Source: Candidatus Latescibacterota bacterium
GTDB lineage: Bacteria; Latescibacterota; UBA2968; GCA-2709665
Direction of reading: 5' to 3'
Length of the DNA: 64,000 bases
Assembly (NCBI GenBank): GCA_965226795.1
Contig: CBDDDZ010000005.1
Coordinates: forward strand, 2,048,001-2,112,000
Positions 48,263-57,159 of this stretch are shown here, in pieces; the first letter of the stretch is position 1; each line of letters starts with the position of its first letter. The notes below the pieces were generated by a model. It saw only the letters and a list, made by a program, of their open reading frames with translations, made no database searches and was not told the DNA's origin. Made by a program: the position numbers and the translations under genes.

Positions 48263-48973
48263 ATGGGCCAGCAAGATCGCTTTTCGAGTTTAGGTAAACG
48301 CGCGCGGATGAGTTTTCGGGGCACCATGATTGCCGGGATTGCGCTCCTGATACCGGTAGCGGTTACCTTTATCGTTCTGCAGATCGTCTTACAGTGGCTC
48401 GATGGGCTGGCTCAGCCGCTGGTGAAACGCATTTTCCAGACAAAAGACGATGTCTTCGGGCTGGGCCTGACCCTGACGCTTATCCTGATCTGGCTGGCCG
48501 GTCTACTGGCCGGCAACGTATTTGGCAAACGCCTTATCGGCAAAGGAGACGACCTGCTGAAACGTCTTCCGGTGATCGGCAGCATCTACGGCCCGATAAA
48601 ACAGTTCATGGAATCGGTCGTTTCACCGAACGCAGGCAGGGGCTTCAACCGGGTTGTACTCGCCGAATATCCTACCGACGGGCTATGGATTCTGGGTTTC
48701 GCGACCGGAGACATTCCGATGGGCGAGGACGGCCAGATTGGTTGTTGCGTGTTTATTCCGACCTCACCGAATCCCGCCACCGGCTGGACGGTCGTGTTCC
48801 CGCCGGAAAAGGTGCGGAACGTTTCACTCACGGTTGAAGAAGCGTTGCAGATGATCGTCTCGGCCGGGGTCGTCATTCCGGATGCGCTGAAATTCACGCC
48901 CACAGTCAAGCCGGCAAGTCCGCTTACGAACCTGCCCACGGTTGCAGGAGGATCCGACCAGGCTCCCACATAG
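48263..48973 (+). CDS. DUF502-domain membrane protein
   Basis: RLPVIGSIY, LAEYP and FIPTSPNPATG. Confidence 0.88.
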   Translation: MGQQDRFSSLGKRARMSFRGTMIAGIALLIPVAVTFIVLQIVLQWLDGLAQPLVKRIFQTKDDVFGLGLTLTLILIWLAGLLAGNVFGKRLIGKGDDLLKRLPVIGSIYGPIKQFMESVVSPNAGRGFNRVVLAEYPTDGLWILGFATGDIPMGEDGQIGCCVFIPTSPNPATGWTVVFPPEKVRNVSLTVEEALQMIVSAGVVIPDALKFTPTVKPASPLTNLPTVAGGSDQAPT

Positions 48974-49007
48974 AAAAGAAGCGCCGGTTCGGGTATCGAA
49001 CCGGCGC
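48972..49007 (-). terminator. Rho-independent terminator between convergent genes
   Basis: 11-bp stem GCGCCGGTTCG/CGAACCGGCGC with a 5-nt loop, followed on the minus strand by TTCTTTTCT. Confidence 0.7.
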
Positions 49008-49042
49008 GAAAGCGCGCATGCGCGGGCCTCCGGACGGGCTCG

Positions 49043-49465
49043 TCAGGTTTCGAATTCATCCACGTCCTCTAACCCCTCCAGGCCTTCCCCGTCTTCCCCG
49101 TCTTCCCCGTCTTCCCTAACCAGCGCCAGTATGGAGTTGTGCGGAATAATCAGGTACTTCTCACCCTCGAACTTGATTTCCATTGCCATCTTTTTCAGGA
49201 ATAAGGCGTAGTCGCCAACCCGAGCTTGCATCGGAAGGTACTTGGGTTCGTCGGGCACGTTCCGCCATGGTACATCGTCGACGTCGTGAGGCTGCGGCAG
49301 CGGCATCCCCGGACCCGTCAGCATAATACGCCCGCCGTGAACCTCCTCCTTTTCGACAACCGTCTGCGGCAGATACAGGCCCACCTCTGTACGTTCCTGG
49401 AGTTCCTCCTGTTTAACCAGGACCCTATCCCCCACAATAATCAGTTGTTTGTTTCCGATTTTCAT
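49043..49465 (-). CDS. GroES (Cpn10)-family co-chaperone paralogue
   Basis: VGDRVLVK, GLYLP, GPG and EIKFEGEKYLII; acidic tail encoded by 9-bp tandem repeats. Confidence 0.85.
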   Translation of the reverse strand: MKIGNKQLIIVGDRVLVKQEELQERTEVGLYLPQTVVEKEEVHGGRIMLTGPGMPLPQPHDVDDVPWRNVPDEPKYLPMQARVGDYALFLKKMAMEIKFEGEKYLIIPHNSILALVREDGEDGEDGEGLEGLEDVDEFET

Positions 49466-49498
49466 AGGACAGCCCTCTTGGATTCGGTATCGTGTGAG

Positions 49499-49584
49499 TG
49501 CCGGAGGCCGGACTCGAACCGGCACGGGCGTATCGGCCCGGGGGATTTTAAGTCCCCTATGTCTACCAATTCCATCACTCCGGC
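49499..49584 (-). tRNA. tRNA-Leu(TAA)
   Basis: GCCGGAG acceptor stem, anticodon loop CTTAAAA, long variable arm and GGTTCGAGTCC; CCA not encoded. Confidence 0.95.
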
Positions 49585-49594
49585 ACCGGGTTCG

Positions 49595-49623
49595 AAAATA
49601 GCTAACGGTCCGCACATTGTCAA
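49595..49623 (-). promoter_or_regulatory. Sigma-70-like promoter for tRNA-Leu
   Basis: TTGACA-17 bp-TATTTT. Confidence 0.6.
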
Positions 49624-49701
49624 GCGGGATAATCCGTTCATCCTACTTCCAAAAAAACAACGACTAATCTTTAAAAGACAGTCGTGTAACCACCCTTCAA
49701 A

Positions 49702-49776
49702 TGGAGGCGGCGGGCGGATTCGAACCGCCGAATCGGGGCTTTGCAGGCCCTTGCCTTACCACTTGGCCACGCCGCC
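49702..49776 (-). tRNA. tRNA-Cys(GCA)
   Basis: GGCGGCG acceptor stem, loop CTGCAAA, GGTTCGAATCC and encoded CCA. Confidence 0.95.
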
Positions 49777-49791
49777 TCGCTTTATGATTTG

Positions 49792-49820
49792 AAAATACAA
49801 TACCTGCGCGCCGTTGTCAA
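49792..49820 (-). promoter_or_regulatory. Sigma-70-like promoter for tRNA-Cys
   Basis: TTGACA-17 bp-TATTTT, same layout as the tRNA-Leu promoter. Confidence 0.6.
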
Positions 49821-49855
49821 GCCCCTCGCGCGCCCTCGCGGGAATTCAGTCCCGG

Positions 49856-50500
49856 TTACCGGCTCGCCCATACCATCCCCCGCCGTTGAATCTCGCGCGC
49901 CTCCGGCACGACGAAATCCCTGGCCACGTGCCCCAGCGACGAGTAGAACACCCTTCCCTCGCCCCACATTCGATTCCAGACAACGGGCATCACGCACCCG
50001 TTCACCCACGGTGCCACCGTGGTCTGGAACGTGGTGGTCGCCAACACGCGGTTGGATGGATCCACGTGCATGTAATATTGCTCCGAATGCATCTTGAAAT
50101 CCTTAATCCCGCGGGTAATCGGATCTTCAGGATCCACGACGATCACTTCGTAGTCGATAACGCCGCCGGGATGCGCCACCCACTGGCCGCCGACCATAAA
50201 TTGATATTCCGTATTTTCCCGGAAGGCATCCGCCATTCCTCCGTGCCACCCGGCAATGCCGACGCCACCCCTGATGGCTGCCAGCAGCCCCTTCGCCTGC
50301 TCCTGTTCAATTGCGCCCATCGTCCAGATCGGTACGACAAGACTCAATTCCGCCATCTTTTCCGCGTCCAGATACACGTCCATCGTATCCGAGAGCGTCA
50401 CGTCAAAACCCTCATCGGCAAGGATCGGCGCGAAGATATCCACGCACTGTCCGGGCTCGTGCCCCTGCCAACCTCCATACACCATCAACGCTTTCTTCAT
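49856..50500 (-). CDS. ThuA-like domain protein
   Basis: [22 protein letters not shown] and [10 protein letters not shown]. Confidence 0.88.
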   Translation of the reverse strand: MKKALMVYGGWQGHEPGQCVDIFAPILADEGFDVTLSDTMDVYLDAEKMAELSLVVPIWTMGAIEQEQAKGLLAAIRGGVGIAGWHGGMADAFRENTEYQFMVGGQWVAHPGGVIDYEVIVVDPEDPITRGIKDFKMHSEQYYMHVDPSNRVLATTTFQTTVAPWVNGCVMPVVWNRMWGEGRVFYSSLGHVARDFVVPEAREIQRRGMVWASR

Positions 50501-50579
50501 AACGTGCCCCTAACAAAAGCTTGGGAAAAATCTCGCATGATGCCTGAAGGCGAATGCCTCAGCACCCTCCGGTTGCGCG

Positions 50580-50936
50580 TTACTCCAGGGCGCTGCGCCA
50601 GGCATCTTCCTTGAATCCAACGAGTCCCGTTTCCTGCGTCAGCAAAAAGGGTCGCTTGACCAGCATCCCGTTCTGCGTCAGGAGGCCGATGGCTTCCTCG
50701 GTGGTCATTGTGTCCAGCCGGTCCTTCATCTTCAACTTTCGGTACAACTGGCCCGTCGTGTTGAAAAGCTTCCTGATGTCGCCGTTATAGTGTTTGAGCA
50801 TCGCCCGTAATTCCGGCTCGGAGGGCGGGGTTTCGGTAATCTCGCGAGACTTGTAATCGACGCCCAGGTCGTCCAGGAATTTGATCGCCTTGCGACAGGT
50901 ACCGCATTTGGTGTACTGATAGATCTCCAGCGACAT
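50580..50936 (-). CDS. ArsC/Spx/MgsR-family protein
   Basis: CGTCRKA, LFNTTG and MLVKRPF. Confidence 0.9.
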   Translation of the reverse strand: MSLEIYQYTKCGTCRKAIKFLDDLGVDYKSREITETPPSEPELRAMLKHYNGDIRKLFNTTGQLYRKLKMKDRLDTMTTEEAIGLLTQNGMLVKRPFLLTQETGLVGFKEDAWRSALE

Positions 50937-51188
50937 GGTGAATCTCCTGGATAACGTGAAAAGGTGCCACACCGGTTTCGATGCTCGTCGCCCAACACTC
51001 TCATCACCCTGCCCCGTTTCATAGAGTATCTGCCAGTTCGGTGGTTCGTGCGACAAGCGAACGGATGTACCGAATGGTAACGTACGTTCGATCAGGCTTT
51101 CATCTGGAACTTTGGCTGCCCGTCCCGGAGACCCGTTGTGCCTGGAGAGGGGCCGACGCAGCCCGGATTCATTACCCGGGCAATCGGA

Positions 51189-52220
51189 TCATCCGTTTGG
51201 GAAGAGTACTACCTTCATCACCTCTTCAGCTTTCCGATCCATCAAATCAAGCGCACGGGGCGCACCTTCGAGTGACATCCGGTGGGTGATCAGGGGCTTT
51301 ACGTCCAATCGACCCCCAACCATCAGTTCAAAGATCGGACCGTACCCCTCCGGCATGCCCTGCGACCCGATCACCGACTTCTCGCCGAACTTGAAGTCGA
51401 TCACCGGAAGCGTCGCCCTGTTGTTCACGAACGACCCCACCACGGTCACCAGCCCACCTGGCTTAACGGCTTCGACCGCCTGGGACAACGTGTCGTCCTG
51501 GTCGCCCCCGACACATTCGATGACCTTGTCTACGCCGCAGCCGTCGGTCAGGTCGAGGCTTGGCGTCAGCAATGTCTCCCTGCGTACGTTCAGCGCCAGG
51601 TCCGCGCCGAGTTCCCGCGCCCGCCGAACCCGGTAGTCCACGATATCGGTGGAGATCACGCGCGCACCCTTCAGCTTGGACAGCATCATCGCGGCCAGCC
51701 CAATGGGACCACAGCCCTGGACGAGGACCGTCTCCCCTGCTTTCACGCCGGCTCGACCCGACACCGCGTGATTGGCGACGCAAACCGGCTGCGCAACCGC
51801 CGCTTCCTCGAAAGTCAGGCTATCCGGAATCGGGGTCAGATGCCGTGGAACGACGACCATGCGTTCCGCGTAGGCTCCGTGCGCCGTGAAACCGGGTCCG
51901 CGTGGACGGAGACACCGGGAGAGCTGGCACGATCGGCACCGATCGCAGTCTCGGCACGCCTTCTGCCCGGTTCCCGCGACGCGGTCCCCGACCTTGAATG
52001 AGTGGACGCCCTCACCCACGTCCTGAACGACGCTGGCGACCTCGTGACCCATAACCCGTGGAAAAGACATTTTAGGGTGCCGTCCGTGAAAGCCTTCCAG
52101 ATCGGACCCGCAGATCGAACACGCTTCGATTCGAAGGGACACCTCACCGGGTCCCGGCGATTCGTCGGGGAGTTCGATGACCTCGAGTTGCTCCGGCTCT
52201 TTGAGCAATACGGCTTTCAT
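51189..52220 (-). CDS. Zinc-dependent alcohol/polyol dehydrogenase
   Basis: ICGSD, GHE, four-Cys zinc loop and GCGPIG. Confidence 0.92.
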   Translation of the reverse strand: MKAVLLKEPEQLEVIELPDESPGPGEVSLRIEACSICGSDLEGFHGRHPKMSFPRVMGHEVASVVQDVGEGVHSFKVGDRVAGTGQKACRDCDRCRSCQLSRCLRPRGPGFTAHGAYAERMVVVPRHLTPIPDSLTFEEAAVAQPVCVANHAVSGRAGVKAGETVLVQGCGPIGLAAMMLSKLKGARVISTDIVDYRVRRARELGADLALNVRRETLLTPSLDLTDGCGVDKVIECVGGDQDDTLSQAVEAVKPGGLVTVVGSFVNNRATLPVIDFKFGEKSVIGSQGMPEGYGPIFELMVGGRLDVKPLITHRMSLEGAPRALDLMDRKAEEVMKVVLFPNG

Positions 52221-52229
52221 CGGTAACGC

Positions 52230-53462
52230 TCAAGACCAGCCGCGCACCATATACGCCTGGAGTGCGCCGCTTTCGTCGGAATTGAAGAAGCCGGAACGTC
52301 CGTCCGGCGACAGGAACGGGTGGATGTGGGTATCCTTTCGCCAGGACGACCCGGGACTCGCGACCTTCCTTGCACTCGACAGCGCGCAACGCTCCTCGGC
52401 GGGTAGATCGAACAGCCAGACCGCGCCGCCCCCGTCCCTGGGACCCGCATCCGTAATCAGGCGGCCACCGGCGACGTCCGTGGCGAAATGGCAGAAATCC
52501 GGCCCATCGACGGAACGGGACAGGTCGTTTCGCCATCCGTCAGGCGTACGGTTCCCGTGGTGGCCGGCGTGCGCCGCCGCGCGGCCTGAAATGAGCTGCC
52601 TTTCGTCCGGTTCACGCGTCGACGTGCTCGTGATCGCAATATCGGACTGTCCCTGCCAGCATTGGTGCCCCTGGCAGAATTCGTTTCCGTCCCGGCCCCA
52701 CGGAAAGTCCCGGAGCCGTGTTCCATCGTCCCGGATGAGGTGGATATCGGCGCCGCGTCCGCTCACGAGCTTCTCCAGCCTGCCATCGGGGGACGTGACG
52801 TTTCCATGGTTCTCCTGAATCATGATGTCGTGCGAGGCATCCGGCCCGGTCTGCCGCGTGTACTGCGGGTGGATATTGCACCACGTCGGGCCGTGAAAGA
52901 CCAACCGTACGGATGGCTCGTCGATCTCGAAGACAAGCAGACCCCACGGCGCGCGTTCGGTCTGGCCGTCGCCCAGGAATCCTGAAATGGCAATTCGCCT
53001 GCCGTCGGATGAAATGGTCGAGAGCGGATACGGACGACTGAGCCGGAAATCCGTGCCCGGGACGGCGTGATCCAGGACATAGATTGCCTCGCCGTCCGAC
53101 CCGTCCGGTCTCACCCGTTTGAGCGTGAGCGACCCCGGATGCACGGGGTCGGTTTCATCGACGAAGTAGTAGAGCCAGTCGCCGTCGGGTGAGATGGAGG
53201 GCGCGGTCGTCCCCAATTCCGTTGTAATAGGGGCCAGACGGCAGTGATCTTCCAGGTCGCAGATCAGGTACCTGTGTTCAGGGTCCCCGGGGTCGGAGCC
53301 ATGGGGGTGCGCGGAACGATGGAGCACCAGCCGCTGCGAGTCGGACGTGAAGATCTGCGCTTCCATGTAAATATGGGACGAGGGAATCGATTCATCCGTA
53401 AGCTGGATGACCTCCAGGTTGTCCCTCTCGGACACGGGAACGAGGTCGGGTCTGATTTTCAA
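52230..53462 (-). CDS. Oligogalacturonate lyase-like/TolB-like beta-propeller protein
   Basis: HIYME..FTSDS, HPQY and HIHPFLSPDG..FNSD. Confidence 0.7.
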   Translation of the reverse strand: MKIRPDLVPVSERDNLEVIQLTDESIPSSHIYMEAQIFTSDSQRLVLHRSAHPHGSDPGDPEHRYLICDLEDHCRLAPITTELGTTAPSISPDGDWLYYFVDETDPVHPGSLTLKRVRPDGSDGEAIYVLDHAVPGTDFRLSRPYPLSTISSDGRRIAISGFLGDGQTERAPWGLLVFEIDEPSVRLVFHGPTWCNIHPQYTRQTGPDASHDIMIQENHGNVTSPDGRLEKLVSGRGADIHLIRDDGTRLRDFPWGRDGNEFCQGHQCWQGQSDIAITSTSTREPDERQLISGRAAAHAGHHGNRTPDGWRNDLSRSVDGPDFCHFATDVAGGRLITDAGPRDGGGAVWLFDLPAEERCALSSARKVASPGSSWRKDTHIHPFLSPDGRSGFFNSDESGALQAYMVRGWS

Positions 53463-53517
53463 TTTTCCAAGCCTCCGTGGAAAGTCGCGGGTCGTACCTG
53501 GCGTTGGATTGAAATTG

Positions 53518-53557
53518 TCAGGATCAGGATTTACTGGATTTGTGGATTTGCAGGATT
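53518..53557. repeat. Dispersed GGATT-periodic repeat, copy B
   Basis: TCAGGATCAGGATTTACTGGATTTGTGGATTTGCAGGATT. Confidence 0.7.
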
Positions 53558-53841
53558 CCGATTCCTGTTGAATATCCGTCTGTATTCCAGACTTTCTGCC
53601 CCGAAGTTGATCAATAGGCCGAGATCAAAATCGTATGCCACCTGATAGTTTCTCGCCTGTGTAATGTGAAAATCCGCGAGATGTATGACCGCATATAACC
53701 TTAACGGTGACTCGATCCGAGCAGCTTGTAACGATGCGGGGCGTGTTCAGGCGGCGCGTTGATTTCCTACATTCCTGGGCCAAGCAATGACCATAGTTGA
53801 TGAAAGAGTGCTGTAAGTATGGCGGAATCCTATCTCATAGA

Positions 53842-55050
53842 TCACTCTCGGAGTGGACAGATCCCCTTCACTTCAAGAATGGGAGGCTCGACGTTATCGT
53901 ATACACGGCGACGTCGCCCTTTGAATTCAACGCGCATTCGACTCGAATCCAATACGTCCAAGTATAGCTTCAATATATCTTCCACCGTGTTCGAGAGTTT
54001 CAAATACATGACCGAAATTAGCCGTGCGAACGTCCCGAACCTTTCTGGTTCTTTTCCATATGACCGGAATATTGCGGGAATAGGTGACCCATGTATTCGT
54101 AGTCGATGCTCACGAGTTGGACTTTCGTGACTGATAAGAGATTCCAGATAGCCATCATCGCGGAGGGCCGCAAGACCTTTCTGCTCCTGAAACGATCTTT
54201 CATTTAGTAGGATTCTTCTGACGCGCATTTCGGCTATATCATCTGGGGAAATATCCCCGTAGGCTGGATTGTCAAGTAGGTCAAAACCCGATTCTTTATC
54301 CTCTTCCGTCAGAACTACCTTCCAAACAGTCTGGGAGCCCGATGTAGTTTGAACGATTTCCTTTGTCCTTACCCAAGCGGCCCCTTCTTTAAACGCAAAA
54401 GCGAATTTATCGACCTGCGTGAATGGATTGTCCAGGCCTTTACGTATTGCACCGAGAAACGCCGATTGCTCGGATGACTCGGGGATAAGTTCTAGCTGAA
54501 TCTCTTTCGAACCCCACTGCGCGTTTCTTACTGGAACAAAATGCAATTTTTCATCTTCCGAAAGGAAAAGTGTGAATTCGCCCGGATCGCTCCGGATGCT
54601 GGAAGGGATCGAAACAGCGTTTGAATTTGTGTCCGATTTCACTTCGGACAGCTTCTTCACCAACGCATCATAGACTCCATCAATCGAAGTCGAATGCAAA
54701 TCGAGATAACCAATCGTCTTCAACATCCCAGGAATCTCTGTATCATCAATACGGACTGGAAGGATATACTCCTGGCTCTCCTGTAATGCCCTTGCTTGAG
54801 CGTTTTGGCGTTCGTGATTCGTCCATACTTTGCGCGCATAATCCCGAGAAAGAAACATGACACAATAACGCGCCCTATCCTTGTAAATCGACGAAAAGTG
54901 ATCATATAGATTCTTGCCTCAAAGCTGCGCCTGTTCGAACTCATCGTAGAAGACCCTATAGCCGCCTCGTTTGAGTCGCTTTGCCAAGTCCTCGGCGTAC
55001 TGACGATCTTCGCCTGCGAAAGAAACGGCAACATCATACTCTTTCGGCAT
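53842..55050 (-). pseudogene. TIR-domain protein interrupted by one in-frame TGA (54919-54921)
   Basis: MPKEYDVAVSFAGEDR...EQAQL*GKNLYDHFSSIYKDRARYCVMFLSRDYARKVWTNHER...YILPVRID; the two track ORFs share one frame. Confidence 0.85.
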
Positions 55051-55310
55051 ATCCAAAACGTCCCTTCTATTTGCGACAACTGTTGGGCGAAAAGCTCCGT
55101 TCCTTTCAGAACTAACCCATTGTTCTACTGTTAATTCGTACTGCAACCGGCATCACGCACGTCTTGGCATTTCCAGTAGAAAAAAGCGATCTGATCTCCG
55201 TAATAAATGAGTGGAATCTACAGTCAATTATACCGTCGCACGCGTGCTTCAGCATCTTGTTGTTTCGTTTTTACTTGTGATATCAATTCGCGTACCGTTT
55301 AGCATTTTCT

Positions 55311-56279
55311 CTATAGGAAATGTTCGCCGGCATGATCAGAGAACGAATCGGCGTCCCGGATATATTGCATGACAGTAGCCGGATTTGTATGTCGAGTAAC
55401 GGCCATGATTTTGTCCAGTCGGGCATGATGCACTGCAGCGCTGGTGACAAATCCCGCCCGCAAGGAATGTCCAGCTACTTCCTTTGGATTTAGTCCAATC
55501 CTTGAGGCATAATGCTTGACAATCCGCGGTATGTCAGAGTGGTGTAGCGGTCTCCCTTGCACATGGCCGCCGCGTTTCATTGATTGAAACAAAGGGCCTG
55601 ATGTGATTCGAGATGCTCGAAGCCACATCTGCAGCCGATGGATAGGCCGGATAACGCTACCGTCCAAAATTGCGATTCTTTGCCCCCTCCCCTGTTGATC
55701 CGTTTTAGACCGGCGGATAGTGAGGAACATGTGACGATTCGACCCGTTTTCGGTCTCAAGGAACTCGACATCGTCGACGATCAAGTCGCAAATCTCCGAA
55801 CGGCGGAGAGCGCCAGCAAATCCAACTGCAATTATCGCAGCGTCGCGCCGCCCAATTGTTGTATCAGGGCAGTGCGAGAGCATCGCCTGTATGTGATATT
55901 CTCTCAACGCTTCTACTCGCCAACATGCCGTACCCTTAAGCCGAGCTAAACCCTTGAGAGTGGCGCGAACCATCGGGTGGTTTGTTGGCGACGCCTTCCC
56001 TGCTTCGGTAAACTTCCTATTAATGGCGCTCTTGTAGAGCGTAACTGTGCCCATTGACAATACTGTCCCACTTCGCGTGCTGGGCTTTGTTGCCAAATGG
56101 ACGAGAAATCTCGCGACAGCGTCCGGCGAGGCAGATAGCGGCTCGGCATTTTCGATTTCATCGCAGTATTCAATGAATCTGGACCACCCTTTTTTGTAAG
56201 CAATTCCGGTATTTGTCGCCAACGCGGAGAAAAGCACTTCCGTATGAATGCCGTGCTCAATCGTGGCCGAGGAATTCAA
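55311..56279 (-). CDS. Tyrosine recombinase, Cre-like
   Basis: Catalytic R (ALRRSE), K (RRSKTDQ), HxxR (GHSLRAG), H (TRH) and Y (MQYIR). TTG at 56279 follows AAGGAG; the ORF extends to 56351. Confidence 0.92.
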   Translation of the reverse strand: MNSSATIEHGIHTEVLFSALATNTGIAYKKGWSRFIEYCDEIENAEPLSASPDAVARFLVHLATKPSTRSGTVLSMGTVTLYKSAINRKFTEAGKASPTNHPMVRATLKGLARLKGTACWRVEALREYHIQAMLSHCPDTTIGRRDAAIIAVGFAGALRRSEICDLIVDDVEFLETENGSNRHMFLTIRRSKTDQQGRGQRIAILDGSVIRPIHRLQMWLRASRITSGPLFQSMKRGGHVQGRPLHHSDIPRIVKHYASRIGLNPKEVAGHSLRAGFVTSAAVHHARLDKIMAVTRHTNPATVMQYIRDADSFSDHAGEHFL

Positions 56280-56347
56280 CAGATACTCCTTCGTGAAGAT
56301 TTGGGCGTCTTGCAACTTGGAGTATATGACTGCTCGAACATTGTAAA

Positions 56348-57106
56348 GCAATTAACTACGGAATTAAAACGGGCTATAACGCAGCGTTTATCATTGATAA
56401 CGACACTAAAGAAGCATTGATAACCGAAGATGCTCGCTCAGCAGAAATCATCAAACGGCTGCTTCGTGGCAGAGACATTCAGCGCTATCGAGTCCATTGG
56501 GCAGGTCTATGGTTAATTGACGCGCACAACGGATACGGCAATGTTCCCGCTATCGATATTGAAGAATACCCAGCCATCAAAAACCATTTGGACGGGTTCT
56601 ATCCCCAACTGGAAAATCGGCAAGACAAAGGCAGGACACCGTATAATCTCCGTAATTGCGCTTACCATGAGGAATTTTCCAAGCAAAAGCTGTTCTGGAT
56701 GGACATGTCGAATAACGGCAGATTTGCCTACTCCGAGGTGCAGATATATTGCAACGACAAAGGGTTTTTTGTGACAGGTGAATCACTGAAATACTTTTGC
56801 GCGATTCTAAACAGCGCCCCTATCACGTGGTTGATGAAAAACAACGCATTGACGACGGGAATGGGGCTTTTGCAATGGAAGAAATTCGCTGTTGAACACC
56901 TGCCGATACCCAGAATTTCCGCCCCAGAGCAAAACACTTTCATCTGCTTGGTCGACCGCATATTGGAAGCGAAATTGGCCGATCCAGATGCTGACGTAGC
57001 CGCCACTGAAGCGGAGATTGATTCTAGGGTTCACGAATTGTACGGACTAACGGAGGCGGAGATCTCAGCGGTAGAGGAGCGGACTTTATCCTCTTCTTCT
57101 GGCTAG
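56348..57106 (+). other. Silent alternative C-terminal target-recognition cassette of the type IIG enzyme, inverted
   Basis: Open frame AINYGIKTGYNAAFIIDNDTK...EIDSRVHELYGLTEAEI, colinear with the last ~255 aa of the type IIG protein; no methyltransferase domain and no obvious RBS. Confidence 0.88.
56391..56409 (+). repeat. Left inverted repeat of the predicted invertible segment
   Basis: TCATTGATAACGACACTAA, exact reverse complement of 57866-57884 (24/26 when extended). Confidence 0.85.
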
Positions 57107-57159
57107 CAACGTGACGACGCACAAAATCCCGCACGGTAGCGTTTCAGAAGTTGATTTAC

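Noticed and set aside
49466..49615. N-terminal extension of the GroES ORF
   Set aside because: It overlaps tRNA-Leu and its promoter.
54919..54921. Selenocysteine or genome-wide TGA reassignment explaining the TIR stop
   Set aside because: No SECIS-like hairpin follows, the position is normally Trp, and TGA ends many intact genes in this window.
49499..56279. Recombinase as the island integrase with a tRNA attachment site
   Set aside because: I found no duplicated tRNA 3' end, and core genes separate the tRNAs from the island. An att site beyond the window cannot be excluded.
56417..57106. Independent expressed gene starting at TTG 56417
   Set aside because: Homology and the open frame extend upstream of this codon and there is no clear RBS; it is better read as a silent cassette.
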